Below, one piece after another: positions 33,583-37,480 of a stretch of 37,480 bases of DNA. The stretch is from Octopus bimaculoides. Lineage: Eukaryota. Numbering within the stretch: the stretch's first letter is position 1; each line of letters begins with the position of its first letter. A model generated the notes under the pieces. That model was not told where the DNA came from and searched no databases. It worked only from the letters and a program-made list of their open reading frames with translations. The position numbers and the translations under genes are program-made. Location: assembly GCF_001194135.2 (NCBI RefSeq), contig NC_068992.1, positions 3,461,748-3,499,227 on the forward strand. The letters run 5' to 3'.

Positions 33583-33989
33583 AGAGTGTAACTGAGTTAA
33601 ATCATTCTATATTACATGGTATATTTTTTATTAAGGGTGGAAAAAATATAATGGATGCCAACATGATTATCCTTTCTAATATTTAGCAGAAGCAACAGAG
33701 TAACTCAAACGCCGAGAGTTTCACGCGTTGGCATTTATCAAACAAGAGTTGTGGATTTATATAACCGGTGGTAATAACATTTCCCTGGATAGTTCTGGAA
33801 CAAATTAGGAACGCAATTACAATGTCACGTGGATAATTTATATTTTTCAAACAGTTTCCCCCCTTATGTCTTTCAATATACAAATACATAAATAAATAAA
33901 GGAAAATTTGTGCATATTTACACACACATAGAAGTGAGTGTTGGTGAATATAGATACAGCACACATAAACACATACATGTGCACATATA

Positions 33990-34385
33990 TATTCATTCTC
34001 ATACATGGATGGTTAAAGGTATACATACAGTCACACACATATATACGTACATACATACGAACAGATGTATGTGTATAGTGAAACAAGGGTATGTATACAC
34101 AAAGGCGCATAAAGGTGTCTATATACACACGCACGTTCGTACAAATACACACACATATACATACATATATTTATGTATATATATACACATATACTTATAT
34201 ACATACATATATATATATTTATGTACATATATACACATATACTACATATATATATATATATGTATATATATTTACGTACGTACGTAGGAACTAAATATTT
34301 ATGCTGGTGTATGTGTGTGTGCGCCTGTGTGCGTGTGCGCGTGTGTGTACATATACATTTATGCATGTATGCGTGCGCACATAAG

Positions 34386-34420
<35 letters not shown>
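33990..34420. repeat. Degenerate CA/TA microsatellite field
   Basis: Visible. Confidence 0.9.
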
Positions 34421-34421
<1 letters not shown>

Positions 34422-34524
34422 GTTATATAATTTTTAGACCAAAAGCCGCCACAGCGATCAATTTAATCGAAGCTTTATTTTTATTTGCCAATCGTCGTAT
34501 ATATCATCTATACATCCATAGATG

Positions 34525-34571
<47 letters not shown>

Positions 34572-34889
34572 TTTGCTTTGGAGTTCATCCAAAGGAAGGG
34601 CAGAGAGACAACGACAAATCAATAACAGATACACAACAAAAAACATGAAATAGGATTGTCTGAACTGAACGGAGCACAGTCTAGTTGTGTAGTCGATGGA
34701 AGTTAAGAATTTATGACGCTTAATAGATATATAAATGCCGGAAATATACTGAATACATGGATAAATTTGAAATAGAACTGCGGACATATAATTTCTTTTT
34801 TCTTAGATATTCAGACTAATAACATATGACAAGGAAGCATGTCTTAACATAACGTCTTCTTTTTGGAAAATTATACACGATAAAATATT

Positions 34890-35190
34890 CTTTACTACTC
34901 TAGTCACAAGGCCCGAAATTTCGGGGGAGAGGTGCCTGTCGATTAGATCGACCCCAGTACACAACTGGTACTTAATTCTTTTCTACTCTAGGCATAAGGC
35001 CCGAAATTTTTGGAGAGGAGGCCAGACGATTAAATCGATTCCAGTACGCAGCTAGTACTTAATTTGTCGAACCCGAAAGGATGAAAGGCAAATTCGGCCT
35101 GGGTGGAATCTGAACTCAGAACGTAAAGACAGACGAAATAACGCTAAACATTTCGCCCGGCGTGCTAACGTTTCTGCCAGCTCCGCTGCT
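34890..35190 (-). mobile_element. SINE family B, full copy (34977-35190) plus a duplicated 3' tail (34890-34976)
   Basis: TACTCTAG.CA.AAGGCCCGAAATTT..CGATTA.ATCGA.CCAGTAC.CA.CT.GTACTTAATT occurs twice in tandem. Confidence 0.9.
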
Positions 35191-35453
35191 TTAAAAAGTT
35201 AGACTATACAGCTTCATTGTATGGACACAAATTGGCCCAGTCTCTCTAAATTAGAGAGGAGTTGTTTGAACGTGTTTGACCTGCTGTCACCACACAAAAC
35301 TAGTGATACCAGTCTTAAAGTTATGTCTCATTAAAATCAGTGACTAACGATGTAACAACGTTCGAATAAGTAAGAGTAGTAGGATGACACCAAAGTTGAA
35401 ATACAATCACTGTCAAACGATTGCTTGCTCTGTTTTAGGCTCTAGCGTTGCTG

Positions 35454-35655
35454 GCACCGAATTGGGTGAATCATTAACGCGTCGGAAAAAAACCCCCAAA
35501 AAACTGCGTGGTATTTATTCAAATCTTGCTGAGGTCAAATTTATCTTTCATCTTTTCATTGTCAACAAAATAAAGTACAAGTAAAGCACTGGTTTCTATG
35601 GAATCAACTAATTTCTCCATCCTTCAAAATTGCCGGCCTTGTCCCTCAGTCAGAC
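35454..35655 (+). mobile_element. SINE family B, degenerate with an internal deletion
   Basis: GGCACCGAATTGG..CAAATCTTGCTGAGGTCAAATTTATCTTTCATC..AAATAAAGTAC..AAAATTGCCGGCCTTGTCCC. Confidence 0.65.
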
Positions 35656-35956
35656 AAAATACTCTTCCGAATTCAGATACCGCTTGGTTCGACTTTAAAT
35701 TTTGTCCCATCGATTTTGAGAAAGTGTATATTAGTGAAATTGATTTCTGTTTTATATTCAAAAAATTGCAGCAGTTTTTTAAAGGGGGAAACACAATACA
35801 AAATGTAGCATTTAATGGAGAAAGATAAGTGAAAATGGAAGGGCACACAATCTGAAATAAAAACTTGGGTGGCAGGATCGAGTTATTTCCAGCCTTCGTC
35901 GTCAGTCAATAACGTAACAATGGCTTCTATAAATTACACTTCATTCAGCATTCAAT

Positions 35957-36172
35957 GAGGGTGCTTGGCTTAGTGGATAAGGGTATTGGGCTCACTATCT
36001 ATTCCCGGCAACTCAGTGTATTCTTGAGCAAGACACTTTATTCCACTTTGTACTTTGTTCCAGTTCACTCAGCTGATTAAAAAAAAAAAAAGAGTAGTAC
36101 CTGTATTTCAAAGGGAGAGCTTTGTCACATTCTATGTCTCACTGAATCTCCCCGAGAACCGACGGAGCGCCA
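35957..36172 (+). mobile_element. tRNA-derived CORE-like SINE, internally deleted
   Basis: A-box TGGCTTAGTGG (35966-35976), CORE-like GTATTCTTGAGCAAGACACTT, 3' CCTGTATTTCAAAGGG..CCGAGAACCGACGGAGCGCCA. Confidence 0.65.
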
Positions 36173-36442
36173 GTCTTCCTTTTAAATTTTATTTTTGTTC
36201 ACTGATATGGCGAGATTTGAACTCCGCTCTCCAATTTAGCCAACAAGTGTTGCTTATAGTGCGCTGTTTCCTTTTGACGTACAGTTTAACAGTTGGACAG
36301 ACATATATATCAATAGTCAAGTAAAATTACATAGACCCGACTGGGAAGACGTATTGCAACTATTTTTCTAATATTTAAAAGAGAGATGGTAAAAAGAGTT
36401 ATTCAGGGTGGGCTAAAAATCACGCACCAAAACATTTGACAT

Positions 36443-36520
36443 ATTCTTTTCTACTCACGGCACAACGCCCGAAATTTTTTGGGAAGGGGCCAGTCGATTA
36501 GATTGAGTCCAATACACAAC
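36443..36520 (-). mobile_element. SINE family B, 3' tail fragment
   Basis: TTCTACTCACGGCACAACGCCCGAAATTTTTTGGGAAGGGGCCAGTCGATTAGAT. Confidence 0.8.
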
Positions 36521-37132
36521 TTATATTCTTATTCCGTCTAAAGGCACAATAACAGTAGTTCGACAGAACTTGCCGAACCTTTTCCTTCAAACGGCTGCAA
36601 TTCTGAAAAAAACTTGGAAGTGCATATTCTCAGAAAATATTCTGAATCTGCTACACTTTCAATACTCAACATGCATGAGGAGAAATATGTTTGTAAGTTA
36701 TTAACATCACGCCCTGGAGGAATGAATAAAATGACAAGAGAATATCATGAAATTTATACAAAACTGTTTGATTGAATATTCTTCTTTCCCTTTTTTTCTT
36801 TCCTTATTTTTCTGTCGTCTTCTTTTTCTATTTTTTTTCTGTCTTTTTCTTTTCGCCTGTTATAAAATTGTAACTTAAAAATTAATGATGTCATTCCATC
36901 AACATATGGGCGTTGGTTGCTCTCGTTCATACTTTACATTTAAATTTCTGCAATTTTGAATTTTTATCACTTCTTATTTTTTTTGTATTTAAAAAATAAT
37001 CTACCGAAGTGGTTCAATATCTCTCTATTTTCTGATCATTTATATATATACATATCGTTCACAGATGAGACTCAGTGATTCTCCGTATAGAAGACATTTA
37101 ATAGTGCTCAAAAGATTCAGACTTAGACTTTG

Positions 37133-37397
37133 GTACATTATTTACACTATTTACATTTGACGGATATTTATCCTCATCTTGTTTGTCGCTAACATAACGT
37201 TTCAGCTGATATACTCTCCAGCCTTCATCAGGTGTCTTGGGGAAATTTCGAACCTAGGTTCTCATTCCTAAGGTATTTTTCGATGTTATTATTATTATTA
37301 TTATTATCATTATTATTATTATTATTCAGGTCACTGCCTGGAATTGAACACTAAATTTTGGAGGTTAGTAACCCGCGCTCTTAACCACTACGCCATA
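37133..37397 (-). mobile_element. tRNA-headed SINE-like element with internal (TAA)n and a hammerhead-like 3' module
   Basis: A-box TGGCGTAGTGG (37385-37395), B-box GTTCAATTCC (37340-37349), (TAA)n at 37286-37326, then CTGATGA..GAAAC at 37231-37199. Confidence 0.75.
37191..37236 (-). ncRNA. Type I hammerhead-ribozyme-like motif
   Basis: GACAC-CTGATGA-A-GGCTG-GAGAGTATAT-CAGCT-GAAAC-GTT-ATGTT: canonical CUGAUGA and GAAA, 5-bp stem II (one G.U), stem I GACAC/ATGTT (one mismatch), palindromic AACGTT stem III. Confidence 0.55.
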
Positions 37398-37480
37398 TGT
37401 ATATAATTCCTTAACTCTTAAATATAGAACCATATATATATATGTGTGTGTGTTAGAGAGACTTAGAAATATTAATAACT

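Overview
Eukaryotic, AT-rich, microsatellite-dense draft-assembly window with 10 N-gaps (3,622 N, about 10%). The dispersed repeats match my recollection of Octopus/coleoid cephalopod SINE families; this is an inference that needs BLAST. I can support no complete host protein-coding gene, rRNA, tRNA gene or CRISPR array, and nearly all ORF-track entries are microsatellite or N-gap artefacts. Manual translation across frameshifts shows a layered transposon graveyard. It contains a Buster/Charlie-type hAT transposase fossil (6365-7640, -), a CR1/L2/Jockey-like RT fossil split by a SINE with a target-site duplication (12050-12940), two R4/Dong-like LINE fragments, an RTE LINE 3' end, a Penelope-like fragment, several MITE-like elements and more than 20 tRNA-derived SINE pieces. 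The most unusual signal is a set of four hammerhead-ribozyme-like cores (at about 3722, 9204, 9299 and 37231). Two of them sit in a 360-bp foldback, and one is fused behind a tRNA-derived Pol III SINE head. Two near-perfect hairpins and a few low-confidence candidate exons are also flagged. Repeat boundaries are approximate and family names come from recalled motifs, not database searches.
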